64,000 bases of DNA from a virus (Duplodnaviria; Caudoviricetes). Shown here piece by piece: positions 9,171-17,807 of the stretch. Below the pieces are notes generated by a model. The model ran no database searches and was not told where the DNA came from. It was given only the letters and a program-made list of their open reading frames with translations. The translations under genes and the position numbers were made by a program. The stretch spans positions 1-64,000 of IMG/VR virus record IMGVR_UViG_3300037067_007848; one strand, given 5' to 3'. The number at the start of each line of letters is the position of its first letter. Position 1 is the first letter of the stretch.

Positions 9171-9594
9171 TTTAATTCCTGGCGATATTATTTTAGTTCG
9201 TAATTTTGAGGTCGTTGGGAATGATATGCCTGGATTTTTCAATCACGCCACAATTTATTCGTCGGACGGCGTTATAGAAGCACAAATGCCTCCTATTGGA
9301 GAGGTAATAAAATCCCCCGTAAATGAGTTTGGACAAAGATATGAAAAATATGTCATTATGCGTTATAATAATGGCCCAGGGGATAAAATTGCCCAACACG
9401 CAATAGCCCTAATCGGTAAAAAATATAGTATGATTTCTTCCCTACTTTTTAATATTCGCCTACGAAATAGAGTTAATTGTGTATCAATGGTCAGATTGGC
9501 CTATAAAAGAGCGACGGGAATTGATTTTGGCTGGGTTATTCCAGATGATATATATAAAGATATAAGATTGACAATGATAAGCGAACAGAAGTAG
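9151..9594 (+). CDS. Permuted papain-like amidase (YiiX/NlpC-P60 type)
   Basis: PGDIIL...NHATIY...VIEA...NCVSMV...PDDI; His precedes Cys. Confidence 0.8.
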   Translation: MPLNPTDLIPGDIILVRNFEVVGNDMPGFFNHATIYSSDGVIEAQMPPIGEVIKSPVNEFGQRYEKYVIMRYNNGPGDKIAQHAIALIGKKYSMISSLLFNIRLRNRVNCVSMVRLAYKRATGIDFGWVIPDDIYKDIRLTMISEQK

Positions 9595-9700
9595 TTTTTT
9601 TTAGGAGTTTAGTGCGGTACTCATTGTGGGGCCGCTAATTTTATTACTTACTTTTAGTATTTTCAAAACCGTCACCATTGAATAAGAAAAGGAAAAAAGA

Positions 9701-9991
9701 ATGAAGTATTTTATTACCGCGATTATCGTTTTGGCTATGTCAACACCAGTCCTTGCCCGCTCGCGTTGTACATCATGTAGTGGGGCAAATGGTTGTGCGG
9801 TCGTAGCTCCCGATCAGGTTAAGCCAGATCAGGCTAAACCCGACCAAACAAAGCCCGACCAAGCTAAATCCGATCAAACGAAGACGAATAAGGTTGAAAA
9901 AAAGGTGGGAAGGGCCGAAAAGGCAGTTGTTAAGGAAGTGAAAAAGGAAAAGAAATTGAATATTAATGTGCGAATTTTGCGTAAGAAGTAG
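9701..9991 (+). CDS. Secreted protein with five (P/S)DQxK pentapeptide repeats
   Basis: Signal peptide, CTSC..C, PDQVK-PDQAK-PDQTK-PDQAK-SDQTK. Confidence 0.7.
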   Translation: MKYFITAIIVLAMSTPVLARSRCTSCSGANGCAVVAPDQVKPDQAKPDQTKPDQAKSDQTKTNKVEKKVGRAEKAVVKEVKKEKKLNINVRILRKK

Positions 9992-10006
9992 AGGATAAAT
10001 CCTCGA

Positions 10007-10091
10007 TGTATGGATGAAGCGTTGGTGTCTTCAGTATGACTGTTAATCATATATGGCTATGCCTACGAAGGTTCGATTCCTTCCCATACAG
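10007..10091 (+). tRNA. tRNA-Asn(GTT) with a long variable arm
   Basis: Acceptor tgtatgg/ccataca; D stem gaag/cttc; anticodon arm tatga-ctGTTaa-tcata; T arm gaagg-ttcgatt-ccttc; no encoded CCA. Confidence 0.85.
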
Positions 10092-10203
10092 CTAAATAAA
10101 ACACAGTTTAAATATAATAGAAGAAAAATAAAATAACGAAAACAAATCCTTGAATTCGTTCAATCTAAAGAAAAAAAATGATAAATGGCAATAGAATACC
10201 ACA

Positions 10204-10419
10204 ATGGACTTATTAGCTGGACCCCTCGAATTATTTGGACTTTTCCTTCTTTCTTATAAAATAAAGTGGGGATTTGCCGTAAATATTTTAGCTTGCCTAT
10301 CTTGGATATTTTATGTATCTTACACACAATCTACCTTTGGATTACTTTTTGTTGTAATTCCAGGTATTTTTATAAATATTTTAGGATTTTTGAAATGGGG
10401 AAATCATGCCTTACATTAA
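10204..10419 (+). CDS. Small multi-TM membrane protein (PnuC-like fragment)
   Basis: Three hydrophobic helices; KWGF...SWIFY...GFLKW. Confidence 0.55.
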   Translation: MDLLAGPLELFGLFLLSYKIKWGFAVNILACLSWIFYVSYTQSTFGLLFVVIPGIFINILGFLKWGNHALH

Positions 10420-10831
10420 ACAACATACACGAAAAAAATTAGATTATTGTATAGACGAACTAGCGGCGTGTTTCAAGAATAACTGTCCATTAGATAACGG
10501 TTCAGCCAACTATATCATTACGCGGCTAATTCTTCAAATGTTAAAACCTACCAATGGTTGGTCTTACGAATCACTAAGCAATGTAATTAAAACACTTGAA
10601 TGTTCAAAACTTGAAATCACACGACGATTACTAAATAATTACGAAGATCAAAAAATAGTTGAAAATGGTGATATACCAGAATTGTATCATTTTGCAAATT
10701 TAATTTCCCATTCACAACAACAAAATCCCCCATCTAAACCTGAACCACCACAAAATATTAGAATTAAAGATGGACAGACAATAGAGAAAAAAACAAAAAT
10801 AATTAATAAAGGAGAAAATTATGCCAATTAA
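10406..10831 (+). CDS. Conserved phage protein
   Basis: MPYIK...GSANYIIT...LECSKLE..RR...YED.K..ENGD pattern. Confidence 0.7.
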   Translation: MPYIKQHTRKKLDYCIDELAACFKNNCPLDNGSANYIITRLILQMLKPTNGWSYESLSNVIKTLECSKLEITRRLLNNYEDQKIVENGDIPELYHFANLISHSQQQNPPSKPEPPQNIRIKDGQTIEKKTKIINKGENYAN

Positions 10832-11162
10832 AAATTGCTCTGTAAATAATAAACCTGGATATAAATGGGGCAACGGTGGGCATTGTTATACATACGCCCC
10901 AAATGATGCAGAATCTCGAAAAGAGGCAAAGAAGAAAGCCATAAAACAAGGCGTTGCCATAGAAGGTCCTGAAAAATTTAAGAAAATCATGGAGGCTGAA
11001 GGCTCGGAATATATCCGCGATTTGCTAGAAGACGACGAATTGACCGACCAAGAATTTGAATGTGTTGCCTCGACATATTCATCAAAGGGAAATATTCAAG
11101 AACAATTACTTTTTGCCCAGTTTGTTGAGGCAAGGCGATTGGTCCGCAAGGAAAATAAATGA
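10821..11162 (+). CDS. Hypothetical phage protein
   Basis: MPIKNC..GYKWG..GHCY motif; RBS. Confidence 0.65.
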   Translation: MPIKNCSVNNKPGYKWGNGGHCYTYAPNDAESRKEAKKKAIKQGVAIEGPEKFKKIMEAEGSEYIRDLLEDDELTDQEFECVASTYSSKGNIQEQLLFAQFVEARRLVRKENK

Positions 11163-11174
11163 TATTAATTCTAT

Positions 11175-11591
11175 TTGGAGATGGATGTGATTAAATTGTA
11201 TAAATTAATTTTCGCCGTTATATTTTTTATCTTCTCTTTTAATTGTCTTGCCCAAGACCATCATGCCGAATCATATTATCAAGACAAAATAGCAAAATCC
11301 CTTCCTGACAATCCAGTCCGCGAATACATTTTAGACGATGGTACACGAGTAGACATTTTGACCGATAAACGATCCATTGAAGTGGAATTCGCCCACAAAT
11401 TTTACGAAAGCATTGGGCAGAGTTTGCACTATTCACTCAAAACTGGCAAAATACCGTGCATTTATCTAATTCGCGAAAGTGAAAAAGACGATAAATATAT
11501 TGAGCGGTGCAAAAACCTATGTAAAAAAGTATATATTGATATAGATGGTAAATTAATTAAGATCGAAGTTTGGGTATACGACGGGAAATAA
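11175..11591 (+). CDS. PD-(D/E)XK-like nuclease-fold protein with an N-terminal signal peptide
   Basis: E...RVDIL...IEVE...ESIGQSLHY; hydrophobic leader. Confidence 0.6.
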   Translation: MEMDVIKLYKLIFAVIFFIFSFNCLAQDHHAESYYQDKIAKSLPDNPVREYILDDGTRVDILTDKRSIEVEFAHKFYESIGQSLHYSLKTGKIPCIYLIRESEKDDKYIERCKNLCKKVYIDIDGKLIKIEVWVYDGK

Positions 11592-11603
11592 AGGGTTTTT
11601 CTC

Positions 11604-11631
11604 TTGACAAAACTGGGGAATGGTATATAAT
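11604..11631 (+). promoter_or_regulatory. Sigma70-type promoter TTGACA-N16-TATAAT
   Basis: Perfect hexamers upstream of the DHH gene; could drive the downstream TnpB locus. Confidence 0.8.
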
Positions 11632-11656
11632 AGGTGGGTAAAGGGAACTTATTAAA

Positions 11657-12490
11657 ATGAAATGTTTTTATCATGGTTGTGATTTTGACGGGCATTGTTC
11701 GGCGGCAATAGTTAAGATGGTTTATCCAAAATGTGAATTAATTCCTATTAACTACGGGGATATATTCCCTTGGGATACAATTCGGCCAAAAGAAAAGGTA
11801 TTTATGGTGGATTTTGCAATTCAACCATACGACGAAAATATGCCAAGATTAAAAGAACTTGCTGATTTAGTTTGGATAGATCATCATAAAACATCATTAG
11901 AATGGGCAAAAAATTCCAATTTTATTTGTAGTGGCGGTACAGATTTAGATTTTGCTGGGTGTGAATTAACGTGGAAATATTTACATTATTCACCTATTCC
12001 TCTAGCAGTACACTTATTAGGGCGTTATGATATTTGGAAATATGAAGATGATGATAGGGTATTGCCATTTCAATATGGAATGAAATTAGCAGCACAACCA
12101 CCTACAAATACCGCTTGGTGGTCAACGTTGTTTGGTGGATATCCAACAAATGTTGATGATATTATCAAAATTGGAAAAAATATTCTACAATATCAAGAAA
12201 AGATAAATGTCGAAATGTGCGATTCGTCGGCTTTTGATTTAGATTGGGAAGATTTACATTGGACTGCACTTAATGGTACTTTTCGTGGTTCAACCCCACA
12301 TAAAAAACGCTGGGAAACGGGAAAATATGACGCAATGCTTGGTTTTTGGTGGGATGGTAAACAATGGATTTTTTCAATGACGACCGCCAAAAATGGGGTT
12401 GATGTATCTAAAATTGCCAAAAAATATGGTGGGGGCGGACATAAACAAGCGGCGGGTTGCCAAATGTTATCATTGCCATTTTTAATTTAG
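11657..12490 (+). CDS. DHH/DHHA1 phosphoesterase (nanoRNase-like)
   Basis: DFDG, VDF, IDHH and GGGGHKQAAG motifs. Confidence 0.92.
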   Translation: MKCFYHGCDFDGHCSAAIVKMVYPKCELIPINYGDIFPWDTIRPKEKVFMVDFAIQPYDENMPRLKELADLVWIDHHKTSLEWAKNSNFICSGGTDLDFAGCELTWKYLHYSPIPLAVHLLGRYDIWKYEDDDRVLPFQYGMKLAAQPPTNTAWWSTLFGGYPTNVDDIIKIGKNILQYQEKINVEMCDSSAFDLDWEDLHWTALNGTFRGSTPHKKRWETGKYDAMLGFWWDGKQWIFSMTTAKNGVDVSKIAKKYGGGGHKQAAGCQMLSLPFLI

Positions 12491-12506
12491 ATATTTAAGG
12501 AAAATT

Positions 12507-12725
12507 ATGGATTTTTTTACCCCACAAACAATTTCACTTTTAATTTGGGCACTTGGAGCCACACTGACAATTATTTTGTCCATTATTTCTCTCAAACCGA
12601 GATCGGCCTATTGGCGTGGAATGATTGGTTTGGCCGCATGGATTTTTGGTCTATTGCCAGGAATTATTGGATTATCTTGGTTTTGTGGACAACTTATTCA
12701 CTTTTTAATTTATGGTAATCTTTAG
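12507..12725 (+). CDS. Small membrane protein
   Basis: Two TM helices; RBS. Confidence 0.6.
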   Translation: MDFFTPQTISLLIWALGATLTIILSIISLKPRSAYWRGMIGLAAWIFGLLPGIIGLSWFCGQLIHFLIYGNL

Positions 12726-12779
12726 ATTTTTTTATACTATCTTTATTTAATAACGATAATATTATTTTATAGAATTATT

Positions 12780-14186
12780 ATGTTTGCCCATAAAATTAGA
12801 CTAAAGTTAGATAAACCTACCTCCGATATTATTGATAAGCGAATGAATGTTTGCCGCCTAATTGATAATTTATTTATTGGCGAAATGTTTAGGCGGGTTG
12901 GACTTCGTAATCAGTCTAAAACATGGCAAAATGGAATCGCCCTAAAACATTTGGGTAGGAAGAAAAAAGAGGGTAATTTACTTCTAAGCGAGGCGTCTAA
13001 AAAATACGCTTGCAATATTGGATACTCTTACCTATTAAATGGATTTGGGAATAAAGAATTTGCCCATTCTTGGCATTTACAACATATTGCCAAAACTATT
13101 GTCGGTTTACGTGGGCAAAATATAGTGGGAAATTTCAAAAAATGGCTTATTGACCATAAGGGCAATCCAAAAAAAGGAAAACCGCGATTTAATCGTTTTG
13201 GGGACTGCCGTACAGTTTATGGAAGTTTGGCCACAAGTAAAAAAACATCTGGGAAAATTATTCTATTTAATAAAGATAATGGGCAAATTATTTGGGGCGG
13301 GAGAGGGGTTGACAAAATCTCATTAGACTGTATAATAGACCCTGGAGACAAAAACACCCAACTTGCACTAAATAGCACAATTAAGCGTGTCGGCATAACA
13401 AAAGAGAATAATAAGTATTACGGAATTTTAATTTGTGATACCGATCCATTAGTTAAAGGAAAATATAGTCCAAAAACAAATAATATTGTAAGTTTTGATA
13501 TTGGAATTAAAGACATTGCAATAGTTACGTCAGACGGAAAAACATATAAATTACCACTTTTAGAGGGACTAAAAGATAGTGCCCGCGAATTAAATATTTT
13601 GGCCCGAACAATAGAACGTCGTCGGCGAATGGCCAACCCACAAAATTATAATGAAAACGGCACAATTAAACGTGGTATTAGATTAACATGGAATAAGACT
13701 AATAATTATCTCTCCGCACTTAAAAAATACAAAAATCTCGCCTATAAACAACAACAAACGCGTAAAAATCTTCATAATAATTTAATTCATTGGATGATGG
13801 GGTTGGGCAATACCTTCCATTTTGAAAAAATCGACTATAGAACATGGGCCAAAGGATTAAATAAAACTCAACGGCGTAATATGGGATTATTTTCACCTGG
13901 ATTGTTTATTTCCTTATTAAAATATAATGTGTTGAAATATGGATTAAAAATTGACGAATTTTCCACATATAGCACGGCTTGTAGCAAAACGTGTATTTGT
14001 GGGGAAAAGCATAATAAAAAAGATGATATTTATATATGCCCAGTATGTGGCCTTGCTATAGACCGTGATATAAAGTCGGCCTACCTTGGTTTGTGGGTTG
14101 AAGAAGATAAAATTAATCATCAACGGGCAAAAGATAATTATGACAAATTCAAAGAACGATTAAACAATTTTAGAACTGAGCGATGA
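12780..14186 (+). CDS. tnpB: TnpB/Cas12f-like RNA-guided RuvC endonuclease, CRISPR-associated
   Basis: RuvC-I SFDIGIK, RuvC-II FHFEKID, Zn finger C-ICG...CPVCG, RuvC-III DRDIKSA; all three acidic residues present. Confidence 0.88.
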   Translation: MFAHKIRLKLDKPTSDIIDKRMNVCRLIDNLFIGEMFRRVGLRNQSKTWQNGIALKHLGRKKKEGNLLLSEASKKYACNIGYSYLLNGFGNKEFAHSWHLQHIAKTIVGLRGQNIVGNFKKWLIDHKGNPKKGKPRFNRFGDCRTVYGSLATSKKTSGKIILFNKDNGQIIWGGRGVDKISLDCIIDPGDKNTQLALNSTIKRVGITKENNKYYGILICDTDPLVKGKYSPKTNNIVSFDIGIKDIAIVTSDGKTYKLPLLEGLKDSARELNILARTIERRRRMANPQNYNENGTIKRGIRLTWNKTNNYLSALKKYKNLAYKQQQTRKNLHNNLIHWMMGLGNTFHFEKIDYRTWAKGLNKTQRRNMGLFSPGLFISLLKYNVLKYGLKIDEFSTYSTACSKTCICGEKHNKKDDIYICPVCGLAIDRDIKSAYLGLWVEEDKINHQRAKDNYDKFKERLNNFRTER

Positions 14187-14400
14187 CCTTTGGCGAAAGT
14201 CAAGTGGCCTACTGTAGGGGCCTTGGGACGGGAAAGTAACCTAACAATAGTTGGGTGTCCCAAAAGTATTTTGAAAAAACTTATAATCTGCAATGTTGTA
14301 AAAAGCGATTCAAAAGGTCGTATTTTGAGAGTGCAGAGGAGGGTTTCTTAGAAATATAATTACCCTAAAGTATTACAGCATAACAAGTTACGGCGGATGA
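14186..14400 (+). ncRNA. omegaRNA/tracrRNA-like scaffold with an anti-repeat
   Basis: GAAA-capped hairpin cttTGGC-GAAA-GTCAag; stems ttgggac/gtcccaa and ctgca/tgcag; anti-repeat ttaccctaaa (14360-69) and gcataac (14378-84) complementary to the CRISPR repeat. Confidence 0.75.
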
Positions 14401-14566
14401 GATGTAGTTATGCCGATTTTTAGGGGTAACTACAAGCAAATGCTGGTTCGTAGATATGCTGCCAAAGATGTAGTTATGCCGATTTTTAGGGGTAACTACA
14501 GGCCAAGTGCCTCATAATCGGCAAGCAATTTTGATGTAGTTATGCCGATTTTTCGGGGTAACTACA
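14401..14566 (+). CRISPR. Mini CRISPR array: 3 repeats of GATGTAGTTATGCCGATTTTTAGGGGTAACTACA, 2 spacers
   Basis: 34-nt repeats at 14401, 14467 and 14533 (one mismatch in the last), exact 66-nt period, unrelated 32-nt spacers, palindromic TGTAGTTA/TAACTACA ends. Confidence 0.9.
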
Positions 14567-14620
14567 GTAACTACAGGTAGATTTTATATATCAGATTTGG
14601 ACAAATATATGGACAAATAA

Positions 14621-15007
14621 ATGAAACTAACAAAAGGCACCATTGTAGATAAACCTTGGGGATTTGAGGAAATATATGTTAATTCGGATAAATATTGTGG
14701 AAAACGCCTAGTTATTCAAATTGGTGGGTCGACTTCAATTCACGCCCACATCGTTAAGATGGAGACTTTCACACCAATTTTGGGGAATTTAAATGTTGAT
14801 TTGTATCGACAGATTTGTTTAGATTATGGTGACAAACAAAAAATTTCCACAGAAATAATAAAAACCATTCAATTAAAAACCGGCGAAACATTAACACTAC
14901 CCCCAAAAACCATTCATCGCCTATATCCTGATCAGGGTGATATGGTAGTTTTGCTTGAATTTTCGACTAACCACGACGATAAAGACACAATAAGATATTC
15001 ACAATAA
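14621..15007 (+). CDS. Cupin-domain protein (sugar isomerase-like)
   Basis: KPWGFE...SIHAH..KMETF...IHRL..LLEFS. Confidence 0.8.
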   Translation: MKLTKGTIVDKPWGFEEIYVNSDKYCGKRLVIQIGGSTSIHAHIVKMETFTPILGNLNVDLYRQICLDYGDKQKISTEIIKTIQLKTGETLTLPPKTIHRLYPDQGDMVVLLEFSTNHDDKDTIRYSQ

Positions 15008-15042
15008 GATATTCATCATAAATTATTCATAATAAGGTATTC
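14987..15042 (+). repeat. Four imperfect 14-bp tandem repeats
   Basis: acaataagatattc x2, atcataaattattc, ataataaggtattc. Confidence 0.7.
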
Positions 15043-15045
15043 ATA

Positions 15046-15300
15046 ATGGCCAAAAAACGCGGTCGTCCGCCCAAATACAAACCCGATTTTATACCCACAA
15101 TTCAAGAAAAACAGGACTTTTCATTTAGTCTTGACGCGATAGGATTTTTATCTTCTATTCAATATGCGGTTAGGAAAGATATAGAAGATTTAGCGGTTGA
15201 AATATCGACGGAAAAACTAAACATTGATAAGAAAATTATTGTTAGTGCGGCAAAACAGTTAGGATTGGAAAAATATACACAATTTAAGGAAATACAATGA
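15046..15300 (+). CDS. AT-hook protein with a possible histone fold
   Basis: KKRGRPPK; C-terminal pattern resembles NF-YB/DR1 helices 2-3. Confidence 0.55.
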   Translation: MAKKRGRPPKYKPDFIPTIQEKQDFSFSLDAIGFLSSIQYAVRKDIEDLAVEISTEKLNIDKKIIVSAAKQLGLEKYTQFKEIQ

Positions 15301-16370
15301 ACATAAACTTTCAAGGCCCATGTTGTCAAACTGGGTATGGTATTGCGTCCAAAAACATTTTACTATCACTCTATAAACTAAACAATTATATAAGTTATTT
15401 TCCAATTGGCCAACCTCAAATTGAGACCGAGGAAGAGAATAGGATAATAGGAAAACTCATTGAAAATCAGACAAATTTTGATTATGCCACCCCATCCATT
15501 CGATTTTGGCACCAGTTTGATATGGCCGAACATATTGGGAATGGAAAAAAATACGGCTTCCCCATCTTTGAACTAGACCAATTTAATAAGAAAGAATTGC
15601 ACAATCTTAATTTTTTGGACGAAATTATAGTCACGTCAAAATGGGCAAAAGAGATAATTAGGGCAAATAACATAAATAAACCGACCAATATTGTCCCGTT
15701 GGGCGTTAATCCCGCTATTTTTTATCCAAATGGTAAACACGGATTGGCCAAACAGGGAGACCGTCCATACACATTCTTAAATATATCAAAATTTGAACAT
15801 AGAAAAGGGCATTTAGAACTTGCCGAAATATTCAATAGGGCATTTACTAAAGAAGATAATGTTCAATTATTAATGATGTGCCACAACCCATTTTTGAATG
15901 AGGCTGAGGTTAATTCATTTATTGCCCCATATAAAAATAGTCCATTGGGCGATAAAGTCTTATTTTTAGACCCGTGCCCGACCCACTATCACCTTGCAGG
16001 GCTTATACGCGGGGTTGACTGTGGTATTTTCCCCACTAAAGCCGAGGGCTGGGGAATGGGATGTCTGGAAATGATGGCGTGTGGCAAACCCGTTATTGTG
16101 ACCAATTATTCCGCCCTAACCGAGTATTGTAATGATAAAAACTCTTTCCTTATTAATATTTCTGAAAAAGAAATTGCCAATGACGGAAAATGGTTTACCT
16201 CTGGCATTGGTTCATGGGCAAAATTTGACGAACCACAAATTGAACAAACTATTGAATATATGAGAAAGGCATATAAAGAACGCATTGTGGAAAATGAAGC
16301 TGGAGTTGAAACGGCAAAACAATTTACATGGGAAAATAGTGCCAAACAATTACTTAGTAGTATTAGTTAA
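15297..16370 (+). CDS. Glycosyltransferase family 4
   Basis: TGYG, RKG, EGWGMGCLEMMACGKPVI, FTWENSA. Confidence 0.92.
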   Translation: MNINFQGPCCQTGYGIASKNILLSLYKLNNYISYFPIGQPQIETEEENRIIGKLIENQTNFDYATPSIRFWHQFDMAEHIGNGKKYGFPIFELDQFNKKELHNLNFLDEIIVTSKWAKEIIRANNINKPTNIVPLGVNPAIFYPNGKHGLAKQGDRPYTFLNISKFEHRKGHLELAEIFNRAFTKEDNVQLLMMCHNPFLNEAEVNSFIAPYKNSPLGDKVLFLDPCPTHYHLAGLIRGVDCGIFPTKAEGWGMGCLEMMACGKPVIVTNYSALTEYCNDKNSFLINISEKEIANDGKWFTSGIGSWAKFDEPQIEQTIEYMRKAYKERIVENEAGVETAKQFTWENSAKQLLSSIS

Positions 16371-16565
16371 ATAATATGGAAAGATTAAAAAGAATAAAAT
16401 ATTTACTTAGACCCCCTGGAGTTGGAACTAAATTAGTCCGTAAAATCATTTCTCTTAAAACTTATGAAACGGGTTTCGTTGACATCGAAGATAATGGACG
16501 AAAAACTACATTAAAAGCAACAGTTTTACCAACTAGAAATTTCAAAAACTAACCAAAAATAAATA

Positions 16566-17099
16566 ATGCAAAATTTTGAAACAATTGAATCTTACTTAAT
16601 ACAAGCACAAAAAATGATTTGTCGATTTGGCGGAAGACACGTAGGAAAATTATTAAAAGATGATGATTGTGTAGGTGATGTGGCGGGCGGTATAATGAAG
16701 GCCGACTGGCAATATCGAGAAAATAATTTAGGTAAAGATGGTAAGATTTGTGGGGTTGGGACATTTAGGTGTGTTTACGCCAAGAATATCATTTTTTCTA
16801 TTATTAAAAATTGGACAAAACTCGGTAAAATTAAGATAAAACCAATAACCGAATCTATTCCTGATAAAACTAACATTGACCCATCCAAAATTGTTGAACA
16901 AAATGACTATATTTCCCACATGCTAAATAATTCCCATTTAAGCGATACTCAAAAAGGATGCATAGAAAAATATTATTTTTACGATATGACATTACAGGAA
17001 ACGGGCAATTATTATAATTTTTCGTGTGAGGCTGCCCGCAAGAATATAAAAAATGGATGTAAAAAGATAAACGAAACAATGGCAAATTATTATGAATAA
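16566..17099 (+). CDS. Sigma70-family-like phage sigma factor
   Basis: Region-4-like HTH (LSDTQK..IEKYYFYDMTLQETG...SCEAARKNI). Confidence 0.65.
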   Translation: MQNFETIESYLIQAQKMICRFGGRHVGKLLKDDDCVGDVAGGIMKADWQYRENNLGKDGKICGVGTFRCVYAKNIIFSIIKNWTKLGKIKIKPITESIPDKTNIDPSKIVEQNDYISHMLNNSHLSDTQKGCIEKYYFYDMTLQETGNYYNFSCEAARKNIKNGCKKINETMANYYE

Positions 17100-17460
17100 A
17101 CAATACACGGTCAAAATTGCCCTGGCAGTAGTTTCCCACAATTTATTGACGGGTGATACCAATATTATGTCGGTTGACGACAATGAAATAATTCTTCCTT
17201 ATTATATTGTTGATGACGATCTAAATATACAGCGAATATTACAAGATTTAAAAGAAAAGTATATTTTTCTACATTCAAAATGGATTGTACATGAACCGAA
17301 ATTTTTCATATTTGATAAAGATGAATTGTTTTTGGTTTATAGGGCAACAATACCATTTGACACAAAATTAAATAATGCTTATTGGAAACCCATCTTAAAT
17401 TGTGCAAATAACCCAGTTTTACAAAATATAATTAAAAATATTCTTGGAAGCCTAGAATGA
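17092..17460 (+). CDS. Hypothetical protein
   Basis: Operon ORF. Confidence 0.6.
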   Translation: MNKQYTVKIALAVVSHNLLTGDTNIMSVDDNEIILPYYIVDDDLNIQRILQDLKEKYIFLHSKWIVHEPKFFIFDKDELFLVYRATIPFDTKLNNAYWKPILNCANNPVLQNIIKNILGSLE

Positions 17461-17807
17461 AATTTATAAAAAATCTATTTAAAAAGAGAGAAAAGGAAAA
17501 AGAACAGGACGGACCGCCTGAAAATGAGGAAATTTCGTCGTTTATCACATTTTGTATGATGCCAGAAAATGACAACGATATTTTTGTTAAAACCGACTGG
17601 GCGGAATGTACGGTTGAGTCGGCAATTTTATATGCCGAATTATTATATAGTGTTAATCATGGGCTATTAGAAGAATATATCTTTGACATTCTATTACAAA
17701 GTGCAAAAACCGACTTAGACAAAAACTTTGTAAAATTAATAATAGACTCCTATAATATATTGGGGAAAGATAAACCTTTGGTAAGTGCTAGTAAGGTGTT
17801 AAAATGA
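17457..17807 (+). CDS. Hypothetical protein
   Basis: Operon ORF. Confidence 0.6.
   Translation: MKFIKNLFKKREKEKEQDGPPENEEISSFITFCMMPENDNDIFVKTDWAECTVESAILYAELLYSVNHGLLEEYIFDILLQSAKTDLDKNFVKLIIDSYNILGKDKPLVSASKVLK

Noticed and set aside
12780-14186. Ordinary IS200/IS605 or IS607 insertion sequence
   Set aside because: No tnpA or serine recombinase adjacent and no clear left-end hairpin seen; the 3' side carries an anti-repeat and array. A non-autonomous origin cannot be fully excluded
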